Source: Octopus bimaculoides
Lineage: Eukaryota
NCBI RefSeq assembly: GCF_001194135.2
Contig: NC_068982.1
Location: 54,336,860-54,372,772, forward strand
DNA: 35,913 bases
Direction: 5' to 3'
Shown one piece after another: positions 10,305-22,084 of this stretch. The notes beneath the pieces were generated by a model. It saw nothing but the letters and a program-made list of their open reading frames with translations. It did no database searches and was not told where the DNA came from. Position 1 is the stretch's first letter. Each line of letters begins with the position of its first letter. The position numbers were made by a program, and so were the translations under genes.

Positions 10305-11467
10305 CTAGTAATACATCCCGGCGTTGCCCGGGTGTTATGACCAACAGCCACATTGTATTACTTGTTTCTTTCTTATGGGCAGAATCGGCACACGAGGAGT
10401 GTGAAGCAAACAACTCTTCTTCATAAACATGTTTTTCGGTCATTTTGTGATGAACAATGCGGAAATTGTTGACACCAAAAACATGTAGAATGGCAGCTTC
10501 GATTAGGATGAAATCCTAACAGTGCCCCCAAAATGACCTAGACTTACGAATTTAAAGAATTGGATGACGTATGAGGAAGTAAAGGTATCCGTATTGCAGA
10601 AAGTAAGGTAGATGGAAAGAAAGCTGCTTCATTGTGAAAAGCATCATCTGTAATGTTTTGGCAGACTGTGCACAATATGTTAAGTGAAACCGAAAATGCT
10701 TCTGCGTAAACTATGTTTTGCGTAAGCCAAGTGTTGATAGAATAGATATACAAGTTGTCTGTACTGCTAACTCGAGAGCATGCGACATATAGTTGTCCAT
10801 GAGAAGAGCAGGGTATTTGTAAATTGAGACCCACAATTTTTAATGTTTGACCCTGAGCTTTGATGATTGTCATAGCGAAGCACAATCGCACTGGGAACTG
10901 GAGGCGCTTGAATTGAAATGATACATTTGAGGGAATAAGAGGCATGCGTGGAATGTATGCGATCTCTCCTCGATGACAGCCAGCAATAATGGTTGCTTGT
11001 AGGATGACTTGTCATTGTAGTTACAGTCAATCTTGTACCATTGCATATTCGTGGTGGGTCGAAATTCCTCAAGAGCATGATAGGTGCACCTCTCTTTAGG
11101 AACAATTAATGCGGTGGCTGTCCTGTGAGTTGTAGAGAGTTGAGAAATTTAACTGGATACTCAACAGTGGCATGTTCGTCGATGGTAGCATCAATGGAGA
11201 CAAAAGTTGAAGTATCTCCAAGTAGAATGTGGATTTCATGGATTACTTTATCAACGCTTTCATTCTCACATGCTTCTACCATCTTGTTTTATTACTTGTT
11301 AAGGATTTGTTCTGTGTTCTCAGTTCTAGTCTGAGACAACCTCAGTTGTCTCGACACAAAACATTGTTTATTATCATCCAATCCATGAACACGATTCGAT
11401 CATGCGATGTTGATTATTTAATCTTACGTCGATTCGTCCGGAGAAAAAACATTATAGGTGACATAGA
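10305..11467 (-). mobile_element. Internally deleted Helitron
   Basis: The 3' end has a CCCGG-N6-CCGGG hairpin (10317-10332), 8 nt, then CTAG|T at 10305. A candidate 5' end A|TCTAT lies at 11467 (less certain). Helicase coding sequence lies inside. Confidence 0.8.
10690..11250 (-). pseudogene. Helitron PIF1-family helicase C-terminal fragment
   Basis: YPVKFLNSL...PPH*LFLKRGAPIMLLRNFDPPRICNGTRL and FKRLQFPVRLCFAMTIIKAQGQTL...HGQLYVACSRV, with a stop and a frameshift. Confidence 0.95.
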
Positions 11468-11954
11468 TATATATATCGACTCGTTGTTGTGGATTGGCTC
11501 CTTTTCGCCTTAGTACACTTACTGTGGTACGGACAGTTCATTTTTGCCTAGTGGGAAAATTGAAGTTACAATTCGCCACTTCGCACTTCAGTTCCGAATT
11601 GTTGCCATATTTAGTTCTTTCGTTTTATAAAGTTATATTCTGAGTACAATATTATTCATCTTACCTTATACCATAGTCATTCGTCCTCATATACATTTGC
11701 AATGTCCCTGATGAAGGATTTTCTGTTTCCATCAAGAGTTTGTTAATTACTGCGCTGCTATATTCCCGAAATCTGTTTTTAGCCAGATAAGACATTAAGA
11801 ATAGCTACAAACTCACGACACCCTATCTCCACAGGAAGCACCATGCTTTGTCAGTCTTCGTCCCCTTAGTTCGTCATAATTGCTCTCACGTGTCCACTCC
11901 AAATTGACTTCTCGAAGTATATTTAGCTCATGTCATAAGACAAAGCATGGTTTT

Positions 11955-12175
11955 ATTATTGGTGTAAAATTTTGGCACAAGGCCAGCAGTTTTAGGAAAG
12001 GAGCCAAGTCGATTACATCGACTACAGTTCTCAACTGGTACTTATTTTATCGATCCCGAAAGGGATGAAAAGCAAAATCAACGTCGGCGGAATTTGAGCT
12101 CAGAGCGTAGAAACAAACGAAATGCCGCTAAGCATCATAGCTGGTGTGTTAACGATTCTGCCAGCTTGCGGCCTT
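11955..12175 (-). mobile_element. SINE family A (AAGGCGGCGAGCTGGCAGAA head)
   Basis: Reverse-complement match to the copies at 12371, 18015, 24804 and 34032. Confidence 0.9.
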
Positions 12176-12370
12176 GCATAGCTTTACTGTTACAATAAGA
12201 TTTAAAAACACAAATGTTTTCTTCAAATACAACTGCATTTTTCAATAATTCGGAGCACCCGCATTCTGGGTCCCGGTTCTCCTTTGTTTACGCTCTTATA
12301 TTGTGACAACAACATTCACTTTGCGAAATCAACTGAATGCAACTTGGTGTTAAGTATATAGCTTTATAGT

Positions 12371-12566
12371 AAGGCGGCGAACTGGCACAGTCGTTAGCAC
12401 GCCAGGCTGAATGCTTAGCAGCATTTTGTCCGTCATTACACTATGAGTTCAAATTTCGCCGAGGTTGACTTTGCCTTTCATTCTTTCGAGGGCGATAAAA
12501 TAAGTACCAGTTGATCACTTAGGTCGATGTAATTTTGGCACAAGGTCGGTAATTTGAAACCAATTA
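12371..12566 (+). mobile_element. SINE family A
   Basis: Head AAGGCGGCGAACTGGCA, B-box-like GAGTTCAAATT and core GATAAAATAAGTACCAGTT. Confidence 0.9.
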
Positions 12567-12835
12567 CAGTTTTATAGAACTACAAAACTGTGACACATTG
12601 CCAGATATACTCTGTGGGCGAAGAATGTTGGAGCACACTGCAACGCGGCATAACTTCAACACCGTTGAGGTTATGCAGTAATGTCATTTCCACTGTTATA
12701 AAAATAACACGACACTCTCACCATCTATGGAAACAAATCGTACAGCGCAATTAGGTTATCAAATCGAAACGCTATTGACTAAAATTTCTTCAACATACTT
12801 CGGTATATTTTCTTTACTCAACTCTGACGTTAGTC

Positions 12836-13161
12836 CAGTGGTTCTTAGCCGGGTCCACATGGCCCCTCAGGGTCCATATAAGGTTTTGGAGTAAATTGGG
12901 GTCCACAATAGTATTTTAAGGGCCCCTGAAAAAATTTTGCTTTAGATGCATATATAAGTATGTATTGCGGGAAACGGATTTCGTTCTTTAACATATCACA
13001 TAGTTCAACCTACACAAGTTAATGTGTGAAAAATAAAATAGGAATCTTGAAAGAAATTTCTGTAAAACTAATTTTTAAACATCGAATGGTTATGGGGAAT
13101 CCACCAGAGGAAACAATAAACAAAGGGGTCCAAAGAAAAAAAAATGGTTGAGAACCCCCTG
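12836..13161. mobile_element. hAT (Charlie-like) MITE
   Basis: TIRs CAGTGGTTCTTAGCC and GGTTGAGAACCCCCTG, with an 8-bp TSD CGTTAGTC / CATTAGTC (7/8). Confidence 0.9.
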
Positions 13162-13259
13162 CATTAGTCAAACGATTTCCTTTTTCGAAGTGATTGCACT
13201 ATATTTATGTAAAATGGTGTCAATCAAATAAATTTCAAGAAATTGAAAAAATCATTTCA

Positions 13260-13620
13260 GATTTGCACTGACTACAGATAATAATTAGTGCATTTAGATA
13301 CTGTAAAGATTTGTTTTTTTATCGCTGGTTTTAAATCGAACTTTGCCTTTCGAAACAAATGTCTGAACTTATTTGGTTTCTGTTTGCTTAGAACAAGTGT
13401 TCAGTTGGTAATTAAGTCCTTCAATTGATCATATTTTCTAACAATAGGCAAATTTGACTTGGTGACGTTAAACATATCCGATTATACCGGTTATGGGTCA
13501 CTACAAAAGACACTATTGTCTGGTCTTGAATCCCTCGTTTTTGGATTGCTCGAAGTTGTTCTGTAGGCATGCGTTTTGCCCAATCTATACCATTCTGTAG
13601 AAGTAGGGGTGCAACGAAAA
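13260..13620 (-). pseudogene. Penelope-like retroelement ORF fragment (RT thumb to Zn-finger linker before GIY-YIG)
   Basis: PLLLQNGIDWAKRMPTEQLR...SFVVTHN, a frameshift, then MFNVTKSNLPIVRKYDQLKDL..*..LSKQKPNKFRHLFRKAKF...VSKCTN../CSQC. The spacing fits my recollection of the PLE FVxTxNP, LPxL, SxRQPxNL and AKF...KC..C..C motifs. Confidence 0.8.
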
Positions 13621-13657
13621 GAAGTAAAACAAATATGTAGTATATGAACATACATAA

Positions 13658-13925
<268 letters not shown>

Positions 13926-14424
13926 TTCTCTTTTTATCCCTCTTTCACTTTATATCTTATATAACGTTTTTATTTACTTCATATCGTAATTGACGCCTCA
14001 TACTAAAAGTAATGATGTGTGGTGTGCGTGGTAAAATATGTGCGTGGTAAAATACAATGAACTGTATACCAATAATCATAAGGACACACTCGAAAAAGAA
14101 AAATGAGAATTTGGGGACACTTGTTTACCAGTTGAATATCTGCCTTGTTAGCTACTGTTCACGTATAACATTCCTTCAGTACTGAGTGGATGTCAGTGGA
14201 CTGCGTTTTTGACACGGCAATGAAGAAGGAAACAAAAATAAAAACCCGTGTCTAACCAGTATATATATGTTGTAAACTATAGCTCTTTGACCAAATTGAC
14301 ACGTGACTAGCGATTGTGATAACTGAGTTACATAAACAGCACTGGTAGTATTATACACCTTCTTCGAAGTATGTGTATGTGGTTTATTATGTGTGTATAT
14401 ATGTAAATTTGTTTATGTATGAAC

Positions 14425-14461
<37 letters not shown>

Positions 14462-14845
14462 TGTATGATTTAAAATAGAAGCAAAATAGCCATACACGCA
14501 CGAACGATAGAAATCAATCTCTGATTATCTTTTATTGTTATTTTATATAAATAACATTGCTAAAACTACATCCCATTAACTTGCCTTCGTGTTCATTCTT
14601 CAGTCCTCAAGTTGCCGACTCTCTACATAATTATTCACATGCACGTCATAAATTATATTCAGCAGGACATCATTTGGCTGGTTGTCAAAAACTTTCTGAT
14701 CGTTGCACTATAATCACTGGCCCACATATACGTGTCCTCCCTTTTTTTCTGCGCCAACGACCACTATAAGTAATGGTATTGTTGACCTGAAAGCCACACA
14801 TTATCTCTTTCCATGGTCAACTGGCATCTCTCATCATAGATATTA

Positions 14846-15043
14846 CTGTATTTTCCGGCATACAAGTCGACGTAGAATCTAGTTAGTGTAAACATTCAAG
14901 TATTGTCACTATCTTTCTAAATCCTGCTGCACTTCACATGGAAGTTTTGGTCCTCTAAAGCTGTCGTCGTATGTAAGTCGACCTACCTTTACTAGCTATC
15001 AATTTTGATCTGAAAAATTCGACTTGTATGCCGGAAAATACGG
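14846..15043. mobile_element. 198-bp Tc1/mariner-superfamily (Tc2/pogo-like) MITE
   Basis: 25-bp TIRs C[T/C]GTATTTTCCGGCATACAAGTCGA (24/25), with TA on the left and CA on the right. Confidence 0.9.
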
Positions 15044-15605
15044 CATATCTTATTTGAATATCCTATTTTAAACACTTTCTGAGCGTCTCTCCATAAAACT
15101 GTCACCATTTTTTCTCATGTTTAGCCTTGAGGTTAATGCATGCGAGAAATGAAATTACAGAATCCCAGACTAAACATCAAGAGCATAGATCCAACCGTTT
15201 ACAAATACAGTAAAATACTATGGTCGATGTGTCTTTTACAAATAAATAACTACTCAATAAAGAACGTGTGTCATTCGGTAAATATAACCCAGCTATGATT
15301 CTTCGTGTTGTTCTCGCTGTACTTCATCAAGAAGAGAAAGTAGAATGGGTTGGCGCACAGGCGGTGAATATNNNNNNNNNNNNNNNNNNNNNNNNNNNNN
15401 NNNNNNNNNNNNNNNNNTCTGTACTTCAACATATGCAAAAGCTAAAATCAGGTGTCAGACAGGGCTAATAACATTTATTAAGCAATGGTTGGACAGAAAG
15501 TTATTAGATAAGACGAAACAGTTCCAGGTAAATTCCACAACGGTAAATTCAAATGCGGTAAATTTCACTACGGTAAATTCCACAGCGGTAAATTTCACTA
15601 CAGGT

Positions 15606-15756
15606 AATATGAATACATTTTAGATCACATTTTATTCACACATTAAGAGAAAAATGATGGCGAGTATATAAAAATAGATAAAGAATATGAATACATTTTA
15701 GCTCACATTTTATTCACATATTTACATAAAATTGATGGCGAATACACAAAAATAAA
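15606..15756. repeat. Imperfect tandem duplication, 78-bp period
   Basis: AATATGAATACATTTTAG[A/C]TCACATTTTATTCACA begins at both 15606 and 15684. Confidence 0.9.
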
Positions 15757-15879
15757 GTTATAAAAAATACTTAATATATTTGAAGAAAATTCTTTTATGA
15801 CAAATTACGTGCAATAGTTCTTAAAAATTGCAGAGTGTTTTCAGATTGATAATTCTCAACTAGCTTCTTGAGTCGTGCA

Positions 15880-17116
15880 TCAATCATTTGATAAAACGTT
15901 TTTTTTTTGTTTTTTTTTGTCGAGTGTGCGCAATTTTCGTCTGGCTTAAGCCTTCTTCAGTCTTAAGGGTGTGGCAAAGTTTCCACAAATTTGGATGTGT
16001 GAATGTTATCGATGACTGCAAAGCATTGTGGAACCCTTCTCCCGAATTATTTGCTCTTGGCAAGTCATTTAAAACGCTGTCGCGTATATTCCAGAGTTGG
16101 ATAGGAATTTGTGGGGTTTCTCTTCGTCGACGAAGACCGTGTCCTCCTACAGTCCTAATGTACGAATCTCAAAATAAGTGATAAATTCAGAAGGGATGCT
16201 TTCATCATCAGACAAATCTTCAAATCCATTGACAACGTCTTCAATTGGTAAAAATGCTAAGGCGCAAAAGCACTTGATTTTAGACTGAAAACTTTCATAC
16301 GTGTTATATCTCCTACTCTCACCAAGTGCACATATCTTCAGCCAAATAGACTGTCTGTGATGAAAAACACATTAAACTACGTCTAAATGCAGAAATACAG
16401 AATCATATGAATTATAGAGAGCTTTTTCAAAGTCCATGAGACAGATCGCAAGTCGACACTTTGTCCTTAAATCCAGCACAGCAGACAGAACATGATATGA
16501 GGCTTCTTTTTAGTCAGGAAATAAGGTAAATAGCCTGGGCACACATGACCTTCCAATGATGATATGTAGCGTGAAAAGCTAACACTACAAACTAAGAGAC
16601 ACCTTAAAAGTCCCATCACAGGCCCAATTTTCAGAGCTTTCTAGATCATCCAAACCTTTCTTCGAGGAAAAAACTAAAATTCTGTCTGAAAGACCAAAAA
16701 AAGGACCTGCTTTCTACGTACTTAACTGCATCAGGAATTTCAAGCCCTGAACAACAAATTGGAAGTGTTGGGATTCTTAAAGCATGTTGCCTCCAGTTAC
16801 GTATGTTACGTGAAAGTCCAGGAATAGTTTGCAACAATGATTGTGCTTCCTCATCGAGATTTTGTACAGCAGTAGCTATTACACCCCGTGAAGATATTGT
16901 GCCAATTCTCATTACTTCACTTTTCATTGAGTTAACTGCCTTTCGGGCATTAACGGGAGCACTGCTTGCTGAGTGATTATGGGAGCCCGTTGAAAAGATA
17001 ACTTCTGGTATACTGGAGTTGAAAATTGTATGTAGTCTAACCCGGCAACCTTTGTTAAAAACGTTCACAACGCCAATATATTTTTGTTTTGCTACTGTTA
17101 ACTCCATTCTTTTCAT
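15880..17116 (-). pseudogene. FLYWCH-MULE transposase pseudogene
   Basis: GCRVRLHT...HNH, WACDGTFK (DGTFK at 16603-16617), MDFEKA (16426-16437), CVFHHRQSIW, ALAFLP and LWN...LPRANNSGEGFHNA...HPNLWK, with several stops and frameshifts. Confidence 0.92.
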
Positions 17117-17947
17117 ATATATAATTCTCTTCGTCGCAAAGCTTACGTTTGTTCTTCTCTGATGTTATAAATATTGCCGTTCAAAGTTAAAGTGAATAGA
17201 AAAAAATTAACAGTACAGTGAAATTCAGTTTAAAAATGAGTAACAATGGCATATACCTATACTTTAACTAACGACTAATTAGTTGAGGGCGTGTGTAATT
17301 AGTTTTCTATAGACCGTTTACTGTAGCTGAATTTACCTTAGTGGAATATAGTGCAGATCAAGTGACTATGCAGAAGATCCAATATTTATTCAATAAAACT
17401 CCAAATTTGAAATATAATGCATCACAGTACGAGCAATCAGTTACGTCCAAAACATCATAAGATCAATGAGACACACTGCTTGATTAACTTCTGCAGTTTT
17501 GCTTTTGAAGAAGCGTCCTATTCCTTGGTAACTATCTTCTTCTGTAGTGAGCTTTTATAGAACTGTTATTATCAAGTGGTTGGGTGGATCTAGTTTTCAA
17601 CTGCTGTTGTGACTCAAGTTCACACGAAGCTTCCTACCTCGGCTACAGTGTTCGCATTGTAGTCAATACTTCTGAGAAAATTAAGAACTTTATAAAATAC
17701 TATATCCTCCCCTCAAGAAAACGTTGTTATCAACAGCATCGTTGTTCTCTTTATTAGCGATTCTAAACTAGGATGAAGCCAGTAACACTGGAACAACAAA
17801 AGTAAAAGTATGAAATGGCAGCATCTTTTACACCTATTAAAGAACTACAATAGCAGGACAAAGGAGGAAGATTCTTCAGGAAGGAAACCTTGCCCAGTTG
17901 CTTACAACAGGTTGAACTCATTAAACTTCAAATGTAGTTAGTTGTTA

Positions 17948-19028
17948 CGAGATGCATTCCAGAAATTTCGAGTTTTATAAGATTATTATAAATTTAACAT
18001 ATCATTACTACTATAAGGCGGCGAGCTGGCAGAAACGTTAGCACGCCGGGCGAAATACTTAGCGGTATTTCGTCTGCCGTTACGTTCTGAGTAAAGACAG
18101 ACGAAGTCGACTTTGCCTTTCATCCTTTCGGGGTCTATAAATTAAGTACCAGTTGCGTACTGGTGTCGATTTAATCAATTGGTCCTCTCCCCAAAATTTT
18201 GAGCCTTGTGCCTAGAGTAGAAAAGAATATATCATTACTATACATCTAATTAGCTAACCTACCAACTTGTGTTCTTCCAGATTGAAGGAGACGGCTATAA
18301 CAACACTTTGTACACACTCTACAAAATACTGCAATATTAGTCACAGATGACTAGTTTGCAGAATGCACCCAGGACATGAAAACAGTTTAGAAGCTCGCTA
18401 TGCAATAAAATTCTATGCTAAAGTTGGCAAAAACGCTATAGAAACTTACGAAATAGTAGAGACTACTTATGGATTAACTTAAATGAACCGAGCATCTGTT
18501 TTTCGCTGGCGCAAGAGAAAGGCGAAGCAAGGTCTAGCAGGAAGCTTATGATGATCCCGTTTTGCGACAACAAGGGCATCATCTACATCCATTAGGTTCC
18601 ATCTGGCTAGACTGTCAGCAAATAGTTCATAGTAGAGGTTTTCAGGAAGAAATTTCGGCGCAAAAAAAAAAACAGAACATCTGCACTAGGACATTTTCAC
18701 AAATACAGAGATGGACATCAGAAATATCCCTCACCTTCCCTACAGACCTTGCTTCCGGTGAGGTTTGGTTGTTCCCCAAGCTGAAAGAGAAAGGGTCAGT
18801 CGTTTTGAAGATACTGTGAAAATGAAGGAGGCTGTGACGATGGGCCATGGATACTTTCTCTTTGGAGGACTTCCATGGGGCCTTCACGGAGAGGCTGGGG
18901 AGCTACAACAAGTGCATTGAAGTAAGAGGATCTTAATTTGAGGAGATAAAACTTCTGTTGTTGTTTTTTTTTTTAAACTAATAAATATCTTCCCTGAAAA
19001 GGTTTCAATATTTCTGGAATGCACCTTG
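17948..19028 (+). mobile_element. mariner relic, internally deleted, with both TIRs
   Basis: TA|CGAGATGCATTCCAGAAATTT ... ATATTTCTGGAATGCACCTTG|TA (18/21). Coding relics from 18363 include EARYAIKF...SVFRW, KLMM..F.DNKGII, PHLPY/DLASGEVWLFPKLK and KCIEVRG. Confidence 0.9.
18015..18228 (+). mobile_element. SINE family A nested in the mariner, with TSD
   Basis: Direct repeat ATATCATTACTA at 17999-18010 and 18229-18240. Confidence 0.92.
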
Positions 19029-19697
19029 TATGATAAAAGTTTACATGTTTCACGTTATAACTTGGAATATGACTAAATTCAATATTTACAAAAATAAATT
19101 GTGTAGTCATCAGAAAATTATTCGCTCCAATGAAAAGTTCAAATATACATCTAAAGGATTAAATATCAGAACAGAGCCTTCAGTCACACATATAGTTCTT
19201 CAATTTCATTAGTATGCGTGTCATGACATAGCTTCCAAAGCTTATATGTATGTATGTATCTTACACACAGACATGTATATACATAGATACACACATACAT
19301 ACATACATGCATACATACATACATACATATCGTTGAATTGAATCATTAGCTATATGCTTTCAATCCACACTTTCCAGAAAACGATATCCACAAAAGACTA
19401 GTACTTTCACCATAAAAAAGGCCCCACATTCATCTTAGTAATGCTTCAAGAATCTTAATTGAGACATCATCCGGCGAAATCCCTTTCGTTTTCCAAATAA
19501 ATCACGTAAGAAAATGCAAGAGTATCGAAACAAGTCTGAATAAAAAATTAAAACAAGAGGAGAAACTACACAAAAACAACTCCAAAGACATATTTATTGA
19601 TATGAATTATTTTATTGTAAAATATTGTATGATCCAAGTAATAAAAATGCAGTAATACTTGCTGTTTTATTGAACTTCGTTGCTAATGGGTACTTAC

Positions 19698-19740
19698 GAT
19701 CTGTGTTAAATCTTAAGTTATTTCTTTATTGGCAATAAAC
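19698..19740 (-). other. Candidate 43-nt non-coding exon
   Basis: Minus strand TTTTTTTTCTATTACAG|43 nt|GTAAGTA, with stops in all three frames. There is no transcript evidence. Confidence 0.35.
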
Positions 19741-21564
19741 CTGTAATAGAAAAAAAACTTATAAAAACTCATCAGAAATATATAAGTGGAAAGTTAGGCA
19801 AATACAAAACTAAGTAGCTAAAAATCAACTTTTATTTACTTATAAAATTTATATCATATATTCAACTTTTTGATATGATAATAAGAGATATATAATACCA
19901 ACAATAGAAACATTACATGAGATATATAGTCACGTAAACAATACGCATTATCTATATATATANNNNNNNNNNNNNNNNNNNNNNNNNNNNNNNNNNNNNN
20001 NNNNNNNNNNNNNNNNNNNNNNNNNNNNNNNNNNNNNNNNNNNNNNNNNNNNNNNNNNNNNNNNNNNNNNNNNNNNNNNNNNNNNNNNNNNNNNNNNNNN
20101 NNNNNNNNNNNNNNNNNNNNNNNNNNNNNNNNNNNNNNNNNNNNNNNNNNNNNNNNNNNNNNNNNNNNNNNNNNNNNNNNNNNNNNNNNNNNNNNNNNNN
20201 NNNNNNNNNNNNNNNNNNNNNNNNNNNNNNNNNNNNNNNNNNNNNNNNNNNNNNNNNNNNNNNNNNNNNNNNNNNNNNNNNNNNNNNNNNNNNNNNNNNN
20301 NNNNNNNNNNNNNNNNNNNNNNNNNNNNNNNNNNNNNNNNNNNNNNNNNNNNNNNNNNNNNNNNNNNNNNNNNNNNNNNNNNNNNNNNNNNNNNNNNNNN
20401 NNNNNNNNNNNNNNNNNNNNNNNNNNNNNNNNNNNNNNNNNNNNNNNNNNNNNNNNNNNNNNNNNNNNNNNNNNNNNNNNNNNNNNNNNNNNNNNNNNNN
20501 NNNNNNNNNNNNNNNNNNNNNNNNNNNNNNNNNNNNNNNNNNNNNNNNNNNNNNNNNNNNNNNNNNNNNNNNNNNNNNNNNNNNNNNNNNNNNNNNNNNN
20601 NNNNNNNNNNNNNNNNNNNNNNNNNNNNNNNNNNNNNNNNNNNNNNNNNNNNNNNNNNNNNNNNNNNNNNNNNNNNNNNNNNNNNNNNNNNNNNNNNNNN
20701 NNNNNNNNNNNNNNNNNNNNNNNNNNNNNNNNNNNNNNNNNNNNNNNNNNNNNNNNNNNNNNNNNNNNNNNNNNNNNNNNNNNNNNNNNNNNNNNNNNNN
20801 NNNNNATATATATATATATATATATAATGATGTACATATGTGTGAGTATGTTAATCTTTACTATTAAAATGGTTAAGAAATTCTTCAATATATGTTGCGT
20901 AGAGCCTAAATTATAACCCAAACAGCAGATATAAATAACAATGTCTATAACAGTTAAAATGATTAAAATACGCAAAATAATAAACACTGAAATAGATGCT
21001 GTGATGAGAAACAAGATAAAAGTCATTTGAAATTTTTGTTCGAAAAATAACAAAAATACATCTATTAGTTTCGTTAATATTTTTTTTTTGTTTCTTTTTG
21101 TTTTTTTCATTTTCCTTGTATATTTTCCCAGGGGGAGAAGAGAGTTTTGAATATCATTCAAAGAAAGCAATATGGTTCTACTAGATCAGCTTAGCTCAAT
21201 ACCCAACAATAGCCTCAAATAGCAGTTACAAAAACATATGTGACAACAACAGTAAGTCAATGTCTCCTTGTAGCATTTCTTCCTATCAGTAAAGATATTT
21301 TGTTGATAAAGAAACAATGTGACTGAACACTGCAAAAGTAATTTATCAGCGCTTTACTGCCCCGCAACTAAAACCTTGAACAGTAGGAGGTTTCAAAACA
21401 GTCCCCGATTGAAAACAAAAATTAAAAAAAAAAGAGAATAACAAACAAAGCAAAAATCCCTTGAAAAGCAGGAGTTAGAAAATAATCCATAACAAGCAAC
21501 GAAGTTGATTTTTATGATATTATATCCAACAACGATCATTTATTACAATCCTTTCTGCGATATG

Positions 21565-22020
21565 CACAAGGCGTGGCAATGTGGTAAGGAGTTTGCATCT
21601 CAACCAACCACATGGTTCTGGGTTCAGTTCCACAGCGCAGCACCATGGGCAAGTGGCTTCTGCTATAGCCTCGGGCTGACCCAAAGCCCTGTGAGTGGAT
21701 TTGGTAGACGGAAACTGATAGATAGATAGATAGAAAGATAGATAGATAGATATGTGGAAGCATCTGGCATAGTAGTTAGGGTGTTAGATTCATGATTGTA
21801 AGATTGTATCTTTGTGTCAGTGTTTGTCCCCACACCACCACTTAACAACTGGTGTTGGTATGTTTACATCCCCATAATTTTAGCAGTTCAGCAAAAGATA
21901 ACGATAACATAAATACCAGGTTTTAAAAAAGTCTTGGGGTTGATTTGTTCAACTAAAGAAACCATTCAAGACGGTGCCCCAGCATGGCCGCACTCAAATG
22001 ACTGAAACAAGTAAAAGGTA
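21565..22020 (+). mobile_element. SINE family B carrying an inverted duplicated segment
   Basis: Head 21565-21716 and body about 21810-22020, with a foreign segment at 21717-21809. Confidence 0.88.
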
Positions 22021-22084
22021 CACATTTATCTGCTTGTATGTATGTATGTATGTATGTATGTCTATTTATTATCCATTGGATAAA

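Larger units (their letters stand above)
15526..17352 (-). mobile_element. Mutator-like (FLYWCH-MULE) DNA transposon relic with 15-bp subterminal repeats
   Basis: Five tandem 15-mers (CGGTAAATTYMACWR-like) at 15526-15600 and inverted degenerate units at 17316-17352 flank a transposase pseudogene. The exact ends and TSD are not resolved. Confidence 0.8.

Noticed and set aside
11700-11775. CTGATGAAGGA...TCC as a canonical hammerhead
   Set aside because: GAAA does not follow the putative stem II. At best it is a decayed relic.
12570-12835. Continuation of the PLE GIY-YIG domain beyond the hAT MITE
   Set aside because: Only vague similarity (EYIWQC...FYK) is present, so nesting of the MITE inside the PLE cannot be claimed.
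15526-15600. 15-bp array, and the 24789-25398 prefix array, as CRISPR-like
   Set aside because: The DNA is eukaryotic, there are no unique fixed-length spacers or cas genes, and TE biology explains both arrays.
19400-19535. KGISPDDVSIKILEAL as an RTE reverse-transcriptase fragment
   Set aside because: It is too short and has no flanking RT motifs.
20830-21170. Hydrophobic ~115-codon minus-strand frame as GPCR TM6-TM7
   Set aside because: A T-rich strand gives hydrophobic, stop-poor frames by composition, and there are no diagnostic GPCR motifs.
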